A DNA stretch of 13,652 bases from Candidatus Dadabacteria bacterium (GTDB taxonomy: Bacteria > Desulfobacterota_D > UBA1144 > Nemesobacterales > CSP1-2), in the NCBI GenBank assembly GCA_040289575.1, contig PSLL01000006.1, positions 113,764 to 127,415 on the forward strand, read 5' to 3'. The position numbers were made by a program, and so were the translations under genes. Shown here piece by piece: positions 1 through 8,687 of the stretch (the stretch's first letter is position 1; every line of letters starts with the position of its first letter). Below the pieces are notes generated by a model, which was given only the letters and a program-made list of their open reading frames with translations, was not told the DNA's origin and did not search any database.

Positions 1-494
1 GATATGCCATCCTCGATATAAAAGGCTGAAACCCCGTAGAACCTGATCTTCCCCTGTTTTTTAAGTTCATCTAGCGTTTCATACACTCTATCCCTTTCTA
101 TATGGGCTGGCTTTGAATTGTGTATTTGATAAACATCTATCCAATCCCTTCCGAGCCTCCTTAAACTCTTTTCTAATGCAAATAATATATAGCTTCTTTT
201 CAGACTGCTTTTTACTCCGCCGTCTCCATAGAAATCCCAACCGAACTTAGTGGCAATTACAGTTTCTTTATCTCCTCTTTCCTTTAAAACCCGACCGATA
301 AGCTCTTCACTGTGTCCGTCTCCATAGATGTCTGCCGTATCTATAAAATTGATACCGAGGTCTAAAGCTCTATGCAGTGCGCGGATGGATTCTCTGTCAT
401 CCGTCGGCCCGTATCCGCGCTCGCTTATAGCCCACGCGCCAAAGCCGATTTCCGAAACCAATAGGTTTGTCTTTCCGAGTTTTCTAAATTTCAA
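1..494 (-). CDS. Aldo/keto reductase family oxidoreductase (3'-truncated by window edge)
   Basis: Not in the ORF track. Manual translation from TTG at 494: MKFRKLGKTNLLVSEIGFGAWAISERGYGPTDDRESIRALHRALDLGINFIDTADIYGDGHSEELIGRVLK...VIATKFG...SLRRLGRDWIDVYQIH...GKIRFYGVS. Contains the AKR motifs DTAxxY, ATK, SLxRL..D.Y.IH and GKIR..GVS (catalytic D/Y/K/H). The frame is open to the window edge. Confidence 0.93.
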   Translation of the reverse strand, partial: MKFRKLGKTNLLVSEIGFGAWAISERGYGPTDDRESIRALHRALDLGINFIDTADIYGDGHSEELIGRVLKERGDKETVIATKFGWDFYGDGGVKSSLKRSYILFALEKSLRRLGRDWIDVYQIHNSKPAHIERDRVYETLDELKKQGKIRFYGVSAFYIEDGI

Positions 495-596
495 TTTAAG
501 ATAATTTAATCACTGAGAAATAATATGAGTAGACAGAATACATTATACAGGAGTTAGGATTCAGAGGTGTTTCTCCTGTGTTCTATATTTTATATC

Positions 597-1625
597 TTAT
601 TTTATATGCGGCATTACCCTTTCGGCAAAGAGTTTCATGGACTTCATGGATTGTTTGTAATCCAGGCCGGGGAATTTAAAACGGCAAATGAGATGATTAA
701 GCGATGGCAGCGATTGCTGAAGATTTTTAATTGTCTCAACGCATTCTTCAGGCGTGCCGAATATCCCCTGCTCCTTTGCAGTCTCCTCCAATCTAGGGTC
801 ATTCGGGTCTGTTATTGGATTTCCTTCTCTATCTACCATTGAGCCCCACTCGGCATAGCCTTTATATATATACGTCACGTGCTCTTTAATTTCCCGCCAG
901 CCTTTTTCTCTTCCCTTGGGTGTAACGTAAACATCGCGGACAAGGGGCTGTTCAATCCCTTGTGGGTTGCGCCCGAATTCTCTAAGTGCATCGTGGAATA
1001 ATGAAATCTCCCTTTGGAGAAATGGTATTGTGCCAACACTCGCCAGATAAAGAGGCACACCCAAACGGGCAACACGCCTTATAGCTGGCTCTTGATATGC
1101 ACCAATCCATATAGGAATCGGCCTTTGGACGGGTTTTGGTGTGACATTGAGATCTTTATATTGATAGTATCTACCCTGAAAACTGAACGGTACGTCTTTC
1201 CAAATCCTTTGGAGAACCTCAATACCCTCATCCATACGCCCTTTTCTGTCTTTGAGAGACACACCAAAGGCATCAAACTCCTCCTGTCTGTATCCCAATC
1301 CAAGACCCAAGATCAAGCGTCCTTCTGAAATAATATCTACGACCGCGGCGTCCTCGGCGACTCTAATTGGATTATGTAGAGGCAAAAGCAAGACCCCCGT
1401 GCCAATACGGATTTTCCGTGTGCTGGCGGCAATGGCAGCCGCCGTTACAAGTAAAGAAGGACAATATCCATCTGATAGGAAATGATGCTCAGTCAACCAC
1501 GCAGACTCAAACCCGAGTTTCTCAGCCACACTAATCTGCTCTAACATTTCAGCATATAACTGCTGATGTGAGACAGGATTATGTGGCGGCGATTGCAGGC
1601 TGTAGTATCCAACTCCAAATTTCAT
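597..1625 (-). CDS. LLM class (luciferase-like) flavin-dependent oxidoreductase/monooxygenase
   Basis: 342 aa with LLM motifs: AEKLGFESAWLTEHH, IRIGTGVLLLPLHNPIRVAEDAAVVDIISEGRLILGLGLGY, PKPVQRPIPIWIG, GTPEECVE, LFAERVMP. Confidence 0.93.
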   Translation of the reverse strand: MKFGVGYYSLQSPPHNPVSHQQLYAEMLEQISVAEKLGFESAWLTEHHFLSDGYCPSLLVTAAAIAASTRKIRIGTGVLLLPLHNPIRVAEDAAVVDIISEGRLILGLGLGYRQEEFDAFGVSLKDRKGRMDEGIEVLQRIWKDVPFSFQGRYYQYKDLNVTPKPVQRPIPIWIGAYQEPAIRRVARLGVPLYLASVGTIPFLQREISLFHDALREFGRNPQGIEQPLVRDVYVTPKGREKGWREIKEHVTYIYKGYAEWGSMVDREGNPITDPNDPRLEETAKEQGIFGTPEECVETIKNLQQSLPSLNHLICRFKFPGLDYKQSMKSMKLFAERVMPHIK

Positions 1626-1677
1626 AAGGGGGTCCTCAAGGCTCTTTTATATAGTAATTGGGATTATTATCCTAAAG

Positions 1678-1726
1678 AATAATAAAAGAACGGCTGACCC
1701 TTATTGAGAAAATAAAAGCCAGCCGT
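1678..1726 (-). terminator. Intrinsic terminator downstream of the A-type Fe-S carrier gene
   Basis: Minus strand ACGGCUGGCUUUUAUU-UUCUC-AAUAAGGGUCAGCCGU is a 16-bp stem with three G-U pairs that form only on the minus strand. It is followed by UCUUUUAUUUAU and starts about 20 nt after the stop at 1748. Confidence 0.75.
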
Positions 1727-1747
1727 AATTCTTCGATGAGTTTATTA

Positions 1748-2071
1748 TCAAACTGTAAATGATGAGCCGCAGCCGCAGGAGGCCTTAGCATTCGGGTTTT
1801 TAATTGTAAATCCTGTGCCGTTAAGGCCATCTGAATAGTCAAGTATAGCTCCCTGAAGATAAGGAAAACTCAACTCATCAATTGCAACCTTGATACCACC
1901 TGTTTCAAAAATCTTATCCGTATCTTCAGTTGTGTCATCAAAGCCCATTTCATAAGAAAATCCAGAGCACCCACCGGGAACTACACGAACCCTAAGAACC
2001 GCTTCAGATATTCCCTCATCCTGTAGAAGTCTCTTCACCTCGCCAGCAGCTTTCGGAGTTATCTCAAACAT
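1748..2071 (-). CDS. A-type iron-sulfur cluster carrier protein (HesB/IscA/SufA/ErpA family)
   Basis: 107 aa with GGCSGFSY and C-terminal NPNAKASCGCGSSF (three conserved Cys). SD AAAGGAGGT lies upstream of the ATG. Subfamily cannot be assigned by eye. Confidence 0.95.
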   Translation of the reverse strand: MFEITPKAAGEVKRLLQDEGISEAVLRVRVVPGGCSGFSYEMGFDDTTEDTDKIFETGGIKVAIDELSFPYLQGAILDYSDGLNGTGFTIKNPNAKASCGCGSSFTV

Positions 2072-2097
2072 TTGGCTACCTCCTTTCGGAAATTTCT

Positions 2098-2583
2098 TTA
2101 ATCTCTATAATTATATGCAGTAATAAAGATAATAGCAAATCCAAGCAAAAAGACAACAGAGTTTATAATTACAGACCGCATGTGAAGGCTATTAAACCTG
2201 TTTTGCAACTCTCTATGCTGAGGAGAGTTTTCAACCAGACCTCTCATATGCGCCCTTACTTCCAACGCCTGAGGTCTTATTACCGCTCCGGCAAATACTG
2301 TAAGCCCGATCATAATAGTAATTATCACAACTCTTGACAGGCACAAAACCCCGGACTGAGGACCTCCAGTAAGCCAGAAAATTATGGAAGTAATAAGAGC
2401 AACCACACCGCATACATACCCGACAATATAGTATTTTGGGAAAATTGAGGAGATTACCTCTCCCGCCATCTGTCTGGGGAGAATTTTAAAAATGCTCGGT
2501 GCTACAGAAGAGGAGAAAAAGAATATGGTTCCTATCCAGAAGACAATCGAGAGAAGATGGAGAAATCTGAAAATAACTTGCAT
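2098..2583 (-). CDS. DUF4149/TMEM205-like integral membrane protein
   Basis: 161 aa with four hydrophobic segments. Motifs W.G..FF...VAPSIFK.L.RQMAG.V.S.IFPKY and F..LH..S..IN are typical of DUF4149. Confidence 0.8.
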   Translation of the reverse strand: MQVIFRFLHLLSIVFWIGTIFFFSSSVAPSIFKILPRQMAGEVISSIFPKYYIVGYVCGVVALITSIIFWLTGGPQSGVLCLSRVVIITIMIGLTVFAGAVIRPQALEVRAHMRGLVENSPQHRELQNRFNSLHMRSVIINSVVFLLGFAIIFITAYNYRD

Positions 2584-2657
2584 ATAGGTCTATCCCCTTT
2601 AGAAAAACATTTCATAAAAAATAGGCGTAGATTTGATTAACACTGTGTAAGCACCTA

Positions 2658-3680
2658 CTAATCCTTAAAAAGCCCGCTCTGCTCATGTTGAGGTTTTATT
2701 TTGAGGTGCGAGTAGGCAAGGGAAGTAGCGGTTCTGCCCCTTGGAGTTTTGGCAAGAAGCCCTTGACGTAGAAGGTATGGCTCATAGACATCTTCAATTG
2801 TGTCCTTATCCTCACTCACGGATGCGGCGATGGTTTCAATGCCGACGGGGCCACCCTTAAATTTCTCTATAATCGTTGAGAGTATAGCCCTATCCACATT
2901 ATCAAGACCAAGGGAATCCACCTCAAGCATATCGAGCGCGCTTTGGGCTACATCCAGATTGATAATACCGTCCGCCCTAACCTCGGCAAAATCCCTAACC
3001 CTCCTCAGAAGCCTATTGACAATCCTTGGCGTCCCTCTTGCGCGATGGGCAATCTCACGTGCTCCCTCATCCGTGATTCTTACACCGAGAATTCTCGCAG
3101 ACCTCTTTATTATCTCTGCGAGCTCCTCAGGAGTATAATAGTCAAGTCTCAGATCAACCCCAAACCTCGATCTCAGGGGCGATGTAATAAGCCCCGTTCT
3201 TGTCGTAGCCCCTATTAATGTGAATTTATGCACACTTATCTTCATTGACTTTGCGGTTGGCCCCTCTCCAATCATAAGGTCAATCTTGTAGTCCTCCATC
3301 GCTGAGTAGAGATACTCCTCAACAACCCGGTTAAGGCGGTGAATTTCATCTATAAAGAAAACATCTCTTTCATTAAGATGTGTGAGGATTGAAGCGAGAT
3401 CAGCAATCCTCTCAATTACTGGGCCGGAAGTGGCATGGATTCCCACGCCCAGTTCATTTGCAACGATGTGAGCGAGTGTGGTCTTTCCAAGCCCCGGAGG
3501 ACCATAGAGAAGAACGTGATCGAGAGCCTCCTTTCTGCGCCGGGCGGCTTCTATAAACACCCCGATCTTCTCTTTTACCTTAGTCTGACCCAGATACTCC
3601 TTTAGATACCTAGGCCTGATGTTAGACTCAAAAAGGGCATCCTCTTCCTGGAGATTTGGGGTTACTATTCTCTCTTCCAT
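2658..3680 (-). CDS. ruvB: Holliday junction branch migration ATPase RuvB
   Basis: 340 aa with [12 protein letters not shown], Walker [10 protein letters not shown], Walker [44 protein letters not shown] and TPRGR. Confidence 0.99.
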   Translation of the reverse strand: MEERIVTPNLQEEDALFESNIRPRYLKEYLGQTKVKEKIGVFIEAARRRKEALDHVLLYGPPGLGKTTLAHIVANELGVGIHATSGPVIERIADLASILTHLNERDVFFIDEIHRLNRVVEEYLYSAMEDYKIDLMIGEGPTAKSMKISVHKFTLIGATTRTGLITSPLRSRFGVDLRLDYYTPEELAEIIKRSARILGVRITDEGAREIAHRARGTPRIVNRLLRRVRDFAEVRADGIINLDVAQSALDMLEVDSLGLDNVDRAILSTIIEKFKGGPVGIETIAASVSEDKDTIEDVYEPYLLRQGLLAKTPRGRTATSLAYSHLKIKPQHEQSGLFKD

Positions 3681-3719
3681 ATATACTCCTCATATAAACA
3701 ATACCATAATTTGATTAGC

Positions 3720-3750
3720 TACGAATGGACACTAATTTACACGAATAAAT
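3720..3750. repeat. Short degenerate tandem repeat, 10-nt period, three copies
   Basis: ACGAATGGAC / ACTAATTTAC / ACGAATAAAT at 3721-3750; consensus AC(G/T)AATnnAC. Confidence 0.5.
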
Positions 3751-3770
3751 TATAGTGGATTGAAGAAGCT

Positions 3771-3839
3771 GTAATAGCAAACGCCGATGAATCAATCCCC
3801 CTGTTTAGATTGATTCATCGTTTCACCTCTCGCAATTAC
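3771..3839. repeat. Palindromic (REP/RPE-like) intergenic element
   Basis: Perfect 13-bp inverted repeat CGATGAATCAATC (3785-3797) / GATTGATTCATCG (3808-3820) with a 10-nt loop. It is bounded by imperfect outer arms GTAATAGC (3771-3778) and GCAATTAC (3832-3839). Confidence 0.65.
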
Positions 3840-3889
3840 GAATTTTATTATCCTCCAAGAATCGAATTGGAATGAATTTCAGTTTCTCT

Positions 3890-4477
3890 TTAAACCCTTC
3901 TCATAATCTTGAGTGACTCTCTTAGAGCCGTCTCAATATTCTTTTCACTTGCGATTAGTTCTTCGATTTGTAAGATGTGCTCATCAATCTCACTTTTTGT
4001 ATAGCCGAGGTTCATGAGTGCAGATATTACATCTTCTAAATCCCCCCCTTTTTCTTTCATCTCTCCTATAGGCTGAATCTTTGAAACCTTATCCTTGAGT
4101 TCAGTAACAAGCCTCAGTGCGAGCTTAGATCCAATTCCGGGTATCTTTTTCTTTGAGAGCTCCCCCGAAGAGATGGCATATACAAGCTCAGAAGGAGACA
4201 CACTTGAGAGAATGTTTATTGCCACCTTTGGTCCAACACCTGAGACCCCAAGAAGCATTGTAAATATCCTCTTCTCGTCCTCCGTAAGAAAACCGAAGAG
4301 CTCTATCGCATCGTCTTTTATATGTGTATGGATTTTTAATTCCGTCTCACCGCCGAGTTCAGGGAGTCTGTAATACGTAGAGAGTGGAACGGTAATCCCG
4401 TATCCCACGCCGTGAATATCAATAACGATTTTTCCAAGTGATTTTTCGGCTATTCTACCCCTCAGAAGGGAAATCAT
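3890..4477 (-). CDS. ruvA: Holliday junction branch migration protein RuvA
   Basis: 195 aa with MISLLRG, GVGYGI, LFGFLT.DEK.IF..LLGVSGVGPK (HhH1), IPGIG (HhH2) and the domain III motif ALMNLGY. Lies between ruvC and ruvB. Confidence 0.98.
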   Translation of the reverse strand: MISLLRGRIAEKSLGKIVIDIHGVGYGITVPLSTYYRLPELGGETELKIHTHIKDDAIELFGFLTEDEKRIFTMLLGVSGVGPKVAINILSSVSPSELVYAISSGELSKKKIPGIGSKLALRLVTELKDKVSKIQPIGEMKEKGGDLEDVISALMNLGYTKSEIDEHILQIEELIASEKNIETALRESLKIMRRV

Positions 4478-5009
4478 CTTCCGTCCACCGACGCCTCCTC
4501 TTTCGGGGTCTTATTACCTCCACTCCGAGCCGTTCCTTTGTCTGAGATATATTTATGTGACAGAGTGCAATCGCAACCGCATCCGAAACATCCGGCCTCT
4601 TCCAGTCGGGGATTCCAAGTATTGATGAAATCATATCCTGAATCTCAAGCTTTCCCGCCCTACCCTGACCCGTGAGTGCTAGTTTCACCTCTGTAGGAGC
4701 ATATTCGTAAATGGGAATCCCGGAGATTGATGCGGCAAGAAGGGCAACGCCTCTTGCCTCTCCGAGCTTGAGAGCACTCTTCGCATTTTTTGCAAAGAAC
4801 ACGTCTTCAATAGATACCGCATCGGGAGAGCAGCGATTTATTACCTCTATTAGGCCCTCATAAATGGTTTTTAATCTCAGTGGAAGTGGAAAAGTCGGAT
4901 TTGGAATAATACAACCGCTTTCTATATGTATGAGCTCGTCATTGATTCGACTTTCTAAGACCCCATAGCCGCAAAACCTTGAGCCGGGGTCAATTCCGAG
5001 AACTCTCAT
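4455..5009 (-). CDS. ruvC: Crossover junction endodeoxyribonuclease RuvC
   Basis: MRVLGIDPG...SIEDVFFAKNAKSALKLGEARGV...EYAPTEVK...G.A.K...DVSDAVAIALCH, with the catalytic D/E/D/D present. Start placed at ATG 5009, just after the yebC stop, rather than TTG 5021. Overlaps ruvA by 23 nt. Confidence 0.97.
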   Translation of the reverse strand: MRVLGIDPGSRFCGYGVLESRINDELIHIESGCIIPNPTFPLPLRLKTIYEGLIEVINRCSPDAVSIEDVFFAKNAKSALKLGEARGVALLAASISGIPIYEYAPTEVKLALTGQGRAGKLEIQDMISSILGIPDWKRPDVSDAVAIALCHINISQTKERLGVEVIRPRKRRRRWTEDDFPSEG

Positions 5010-5013
5010 CCGG

Positions 5014-5757
5014 CTATCCAAAAGCCTGCATAAGTTCTTCTGCTATATCAAAGTTTGAGTAGACGTTTTGAACGTCGTCGCTGTCTTCAAGAGCCTCCAT
5101 AAGACGGAGCATCTGCTCTGCCTCCTTTCCTTCAATCCTGACGCTATTTTGAGGAATCATCGTAACCTCAGCCGAGGTATATTTAAGCCCCGCTCCCTCA
5201 ATCGCAGATTTTACAGATTCAAATGTGTCCGGTGAGGTAATTACAACAAGCTCACCCTCCTCAGTTTTTACATCATCTGCCCCGGCTTCAAGTGCGATTT
5301 CAAAGAGCTTATCTTCGTCTACCTTCCCCTTCTCAAAGGCGATTCTCCCCTTTTTCTCAAACGTCCAAGCAACACAACCGCTCTCTCCGAGATTGCCGCC
5401 GTACTTTGTAAAGATTCTCCTAATATCGGACACAGTGCGATTCTTATTGTCCGTAAGCACCTCAACGAGAACGGCGCTTCCGCCGGGACCGTATCCCTCA
5501 TATGTGACCTCGTAAAGCTCCTCTCCACCGATCTCGCCTGTGCCCCGCTTTATTGCACGCTCAATTGTATCCTTGGGCATATTTTGACTCTTAGCAGCAG
5601 CAATTGCCATTCGAAGTCGTGGATTTGTGTTTGGGTCACCCCCTAGCCTTGCGGCGACTGTAAGCTCCCGTATGAGTTTTGTAAATATCTTTCCACGCTT
5701 GGCATCGGCTGCCGCCTTTTTGTGTTTGATATTTGACCACTTCGAATGACCAGACAT
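5014..5757 (-). CDS. yebC: YebC/PmpR family protein
   Basis: 247 aa with [34 protein letters not shown] and [13 protein letters not shown]. Sits in the classic position upstream of ruvCAB. Confidence 0.97.
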   Translation of the reverse strand: MSGHSKWSNIKHKKAAADAKRGKIFTKLIRELTVAARLGGDPNTNPRLRMAIAAAKSQNMPKDTIERAIKRGTGEIGGEELYEVTYEGYGPGGSAVLVEVLTDNKNRTVSDIRRIFTKYGGNLGESGCVAWTFEKKGRIAFEKGKVDEDKLFEIALEAGADDVKTEEGELVVITSPDTFESVKSAIEGAGLKYTSAEVTMIPQNSVRIEGKEAEQMLRLMEALEDSDDVQNVYSNFDIAEELMQAFG

Positions 5758-5793
5758 AATAAATTCACCCCTTTTTAATTTCTGACCCTAGTT

Positions 5794-5822
5794 AGAATAT
5801 CTGTTTGACGAGGGATTGTAAA
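5794..5822 (-). promoter_or_regulatory. Putative sigma70 promoter of the yebC-ruvCAB operon
   Basis: Minus strand TTTACA (5822-5817), 17 nt, TATTCT (5799-5794); the -10 element lies about 36 nt upstream of the yebC ATG. Confidence 0.55.
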
Positions 5823-5885
5823 GAGCAAACACTAAGACAATGCATGATATGATGTACTATCCTAAATCATGAATATTGTATCATT

Positions 5886-6881
5886 TCAATTCACCCTCTC
5901 AACGGAAACGCTCAGAGCCTGTGGACCGGGAATTGACGTTGTAATCGTTCCCAGTGACGCACCCATATTTATCCTCCTTACGGGAAGGGTAATAGTGGAC
6001 GGATTAATCTTCTGACCCGGAAGTGACTCGAATGTGAATTTGAGCTTAGCGTCATCTGGAAGACCGAATACCTCGGCCGTGATGGAAGCCGATTTTCCGG
6101 TGCCCGTGTCCGGTATAACGATGTTATAGCCCCAGGCTTTTAAATCTGCATCGAGAACGCTGCCCCCGGGTTTTTTAAGACTTATTCGAACTGCCCCCTC
6201 TTTGCCTACCACAGTAGAGGGCAAATCGTGAAATTTTAATGCGACCTCATTCCTTCTTACAGCAATTATGTCACCTTTTATAAGCCTATTTTCTTTAGCG
6301 TCACGAATACCCACCTCAAAACCCCCGGGTCGGGGGATTTCTACAGGCGGCATAACGAGCGTAGCATTAAGAACGCCGAAACTAATTATGATGTCGTCAA
6401 GAGGCTGCAGTTTATCGGATTTAATAGACGGCTTTTGCTTAGGTAAAGAGACCTTTAGACTGCCCCTCTGCCCTGTAGCGATAAGGGATTCAGCATCGGA
6501 TTCGGATTGAGAAACGATAACCCTCTCCCATCCATCATCTGTTTCCCTAACATCTACAACCGGATTATCTCTCGGGGGGCCGCCTTTAGGAAAGATTCTT
6601 ATGGTTGTAATTTTCCCTGTATACTGGGGATTAACAAAGAATTCTCCAACTATTGAGCTAAATTCCACTTCATTGTACACCGGAGCCTCTGAATGAATCC
6701 CTTCCTCTTTCTGAACCTCCTTTTCCTCAGCCTTTGATATTCGCTTATTGTATTGCCCCTCTTTCCCTAATAATTCGGCTCGAACTTGATGCGACAGACC
6801 ATGGGCCGAAATGAAGATTGAAAAGAAGGCACCAACGAGGATATGTACAAATAACGTATCTAGTCCAATCCTCTCTTCCAT
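5886..6881 (-). CDS. Hypothetical protein with N-terminal signal peptide or membrane anchor
   Basis: 331-aa ORF with SD-like GGAGGG upstream. Hydrophobic N-terminus (LFVHILVGAFFSIFISAHG...VRA), then a charged linker and beta-strand-like, Pro/Gly-rich sequence. No family recognised. Confidence 0.75.
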   Translation of the reverse strand: MEERIGLDTLFVHILVGAFFSIFISAHGLSHQVRAELLGKEGQYNKRISKAEEKEVQKEEGIHSEAPVYNEVEFSSIVGEFFVNPQYTGKITTIRIFPKGGPPRDNPVVDVRETDDGWERVIVSQSESDAESLIATGQRGSLKVSLPKQKPSIKSDKLQPLDDIIISFGVLNATLVMPPVEIPRPGGFEVGIRDAKENRLIKGDIIAVRRNEVALKFHDLPSTVVGKEGAVRISLKKPGGSVLDADLKAWGYNIVIPDTGTGKSASITAEVFGLPDDAKLKFTFESLPGQKINPSTITLPVRRINMGASLGTITTSIPGPQALSVSVERVN

Positions 6882-6972
6882 TTATTTCCCTCCGAATCGT
6901 CTTTAAGTACAGTTTTTTCCTTGATCTTACCAAACTCATATAGGGACATTTATTATATCCTTCAAACTCCAC

Positions 6973-7002
6973 TTGACAAACCCTATGTTTAGCGTACATA
7001 AT
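6973..7002 (+). promoter_or_regulatory. Putative sigma70 promoter of rho
   Basis: TTGACA (6973-6978), 18 nt, CATAAT (6997-7002), about 110 nt upstream of the rho ATG. Confidence 0.55.
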
Positions 7003-7113
7003 ATTAATAGTCACAAAGTTTCAAATACAACTCTAACAGAACCGAAAGAATAAATTTCCTTTGTTTCATGAGTTCTAGCTTAAAGTTCTAAGTGAAAAAG
7101 AGTCTAAAAATTC

Positions 7114-8436
7114 ATGGTAAGAGCATCCAAAGCATCTCAAAATTCCGAAGATAATAAAAAGGAAGTAGGGGTCGAGTCTCAACAATTCCTCAATTTAAAT
7201 GAACTAAGAAATAGAAAGCCTACGGAACTGATGAGGATGGCAAGAGACCTAAACATTGAAGACACGTCTCGCATGTCGAAACAGGATCTTATATATGCAA
7301 TCCTGCGAGCACAAAGCGAGAAAGAAGGCATTATTTATGCCGAGGGGGTGCTTGAAATACTCTCGGAAGGCTACGGATTTTTAAGGTCTCCCAAGTACAG
7401 CTATCTTCCTGGACCGGATGATATATATGTCTCCAAATCTCAGATACGCTCATTTAATCTTAAAACTGGCGACACAACTGGCGGCCAGGTTCGGCTTCCA
7501 AGGGAAGGAGAAAAGAATCTTGCACTCCTTAAAATCGAACACGTAAACTACGATACGCCTGAATTCTGTAGAGACCGTGTGCCCTTTGAAAGCCTTATCC
7601 CGCTTCATCCTGAAGAGAAGATTCATCTTGAATACGACCCGAATGATTTTTGCACAAGGGTAATGGATCTATTTATTCCCGTTGGAAAAGGACAAAGAGC
7701 ACTAATTGTTGCACCGCCAAGAACCGGTAAGACCATTCTTCTTCAAAGAATTGCGAATGCAATAACTAAAAACCATCACGAGATAGTCCTTATAGTGCTC
7801 CTAATTGACGAGCGCCCTGAAGAAGTAACGGATATGGAAAGGTCTGTAAAAGGAGAGGTTGTAAGCTCTACATTTGATGAGCCGCCGCAGCGTCATATAC
7901 AGGTATCCGATATGGTTCTTGAAAAAGCAAAGAGGCTTGTAGAGCATGGAAAAGACGTGGTTATTCTACTCGACAGCCTTACAAGGCTTGCACGCGCAAG
8001 TAACACAGTAACCCCTGCAAGCGGAAGGGTTCTCTCCGGAGGAATTGAAGCAAATGCACTCCAAAGGCCAAAGAGATTCTTCGGTGCCGCAAGGAACACT
8101 GAAGAAGGCGGAAGCCTGACGATAATTGCCACTGCGCTGATTGATACTGGAAGCAGGATGGATGAGGTAATATTTGAGGAGTTCAAGGGCACAGGAAATA
8201 TGGAGGTCTATCTCGACAGAAAACTTGCGGATAAGAGAACATTCCCCGCAATAGACCTTCATCGTTCGGGAACAAGAAAAGAAGAGCTTCTATTACCTGA
8301 AGACGTTCTAAACAGGGTATGGCTTCTGCGCAAGATCCTAAGCCCTATGAGTACAATAGAAGCAATGGAATTCCTCTTAGAAAAGATGAGAGGAACAAAG
8401 TCAAATAAAGAGTTCCTTAATTCAATGAATCAGTAG
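7114..8436 (+). CDS. rho: Transcription termination factor Rho
   Basis: 440 aa with [38 protein letters not shown] (P-loop), [42 protein letters not shown] and SGTRKEELL. Confidence 0.99.
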   Translation: MVRASKASQNSEDNKKEVGVESQQFLNLNELRNRKPTELMRMARDLNIEDTSRMSKQDLIYAILRAQSEKEGIIYAEGVLEILSEGYGFLRSPKYSYLPGPDDIYVSKSQIRSFNLKTGDTTGGQVRLPREGEKNLALLKIEHVNYDTPEFCRDRVPFESLIPLHPEEKIHLEYDPNDFCTRVMDLFIPVGKGQRALIVAPPRTGKTILLQRIANAITKNHHEIVLIVLLIDERPEEVTDMERSVKGEVVSSTFDEPPQRHIQVSDMVLEKAKRLVEHGKDVVILLDSLTRLARASNTVTPASGRVLSGGIEANALQRPKRFFGAARNTEEGGSLTIIATALIDTGSRMDEVIFEEFKGTGNMEVYLDRKLADKRTFPAIDLHRSGTRKEELLLPEDVLNRVWLLRKILSPMSTIEAMEFLLEKMRGTKSNKEFLNSMNQ

Positions 8437-8481
8437 CCTACTGACTCCAGGATTTGATTTTAGATAAAATTAGGCTAAAAT

Positions 8482-8528
8482 AAAAAGCCTGCTGTTCCAA
8501 GCGAGAGGATAAAACAGCAGGCTTTTTT
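8482..8528. terminator. Bidirectional intrinsic terminator between rho and the convergent small ORF
   Basis: Perfect 15-bp inverted repeat AAAAAGCCTGCTGTT (8482-8496) / AACAGCAGGCTTTTT (8513-8527) with a 16-nt loop. It gives a U-tract on both strands. Confidence 0.8.
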
Positions 8529-8568
8529 ACCTCTAAAGAATTGGAGAGGCAAAAAGGCGAATTAAGGT

Positions 8569-8649
8569 CTATTTCTTCTTAGTTCCACCCTTTTTGCTTC
8601 CTCCCTTCTTGCTACCGGACTTTTTGGTAGCTTTCTTCTTAGTTGCCAT
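8569..8649 (-). CDS. Small lysine-rich basic protein, 26 aa (MATKKKATKKSGSKKGGSKKGGTKKK)
   Basis: Not in the ORF track. ATG at 8649, TAG at 8571-8569. SD AAGGAGGTGA at 8667-8658 with 8-nt spacing. 12 of 26 residues are Lys. Followed by the bidirectional terminator. Confidence 0.75.
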   Translation of the reverse strand: MATKKKATKKSGSKKGGSKKGGTKKK

Positions 8650-8687
8650 CTATCGCCTCACCTCCTTGTTAGAAAGTATACTAAAAC

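Noticed and set aside
3681..3889. CRISPR array or SOS box in the ruv region
   Set aside because: The repeats are 10 nt and contiguous with no spacers, and I could not recognise a LexA-box consensus here or upstream of yebC.
4455..5021. RuvC as a Cas12/TnpB-type nuclease, and the TTG start at 5021
   Set aside because: It is a canonical resolvase in yebC-ruvCAB context with no array or IS ends. ATG 5009 gives the usual N-terminus (MRVLGIDPG) without overlapping yebC.
7003..7113. Rho-utilisation site for rho autoregulation in the 5' UTR
   Set aside because: The C-over-G bias is weak and the region is simply AT-rich, so this cannot be supported from sequence alone.
8569..8649. Lys-rich ORF as a lysine-sensing attenuator leader peptide
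   Set aside because: No co-oriented regulated gene follows it; downstream on that strand is only the antisense of rho.
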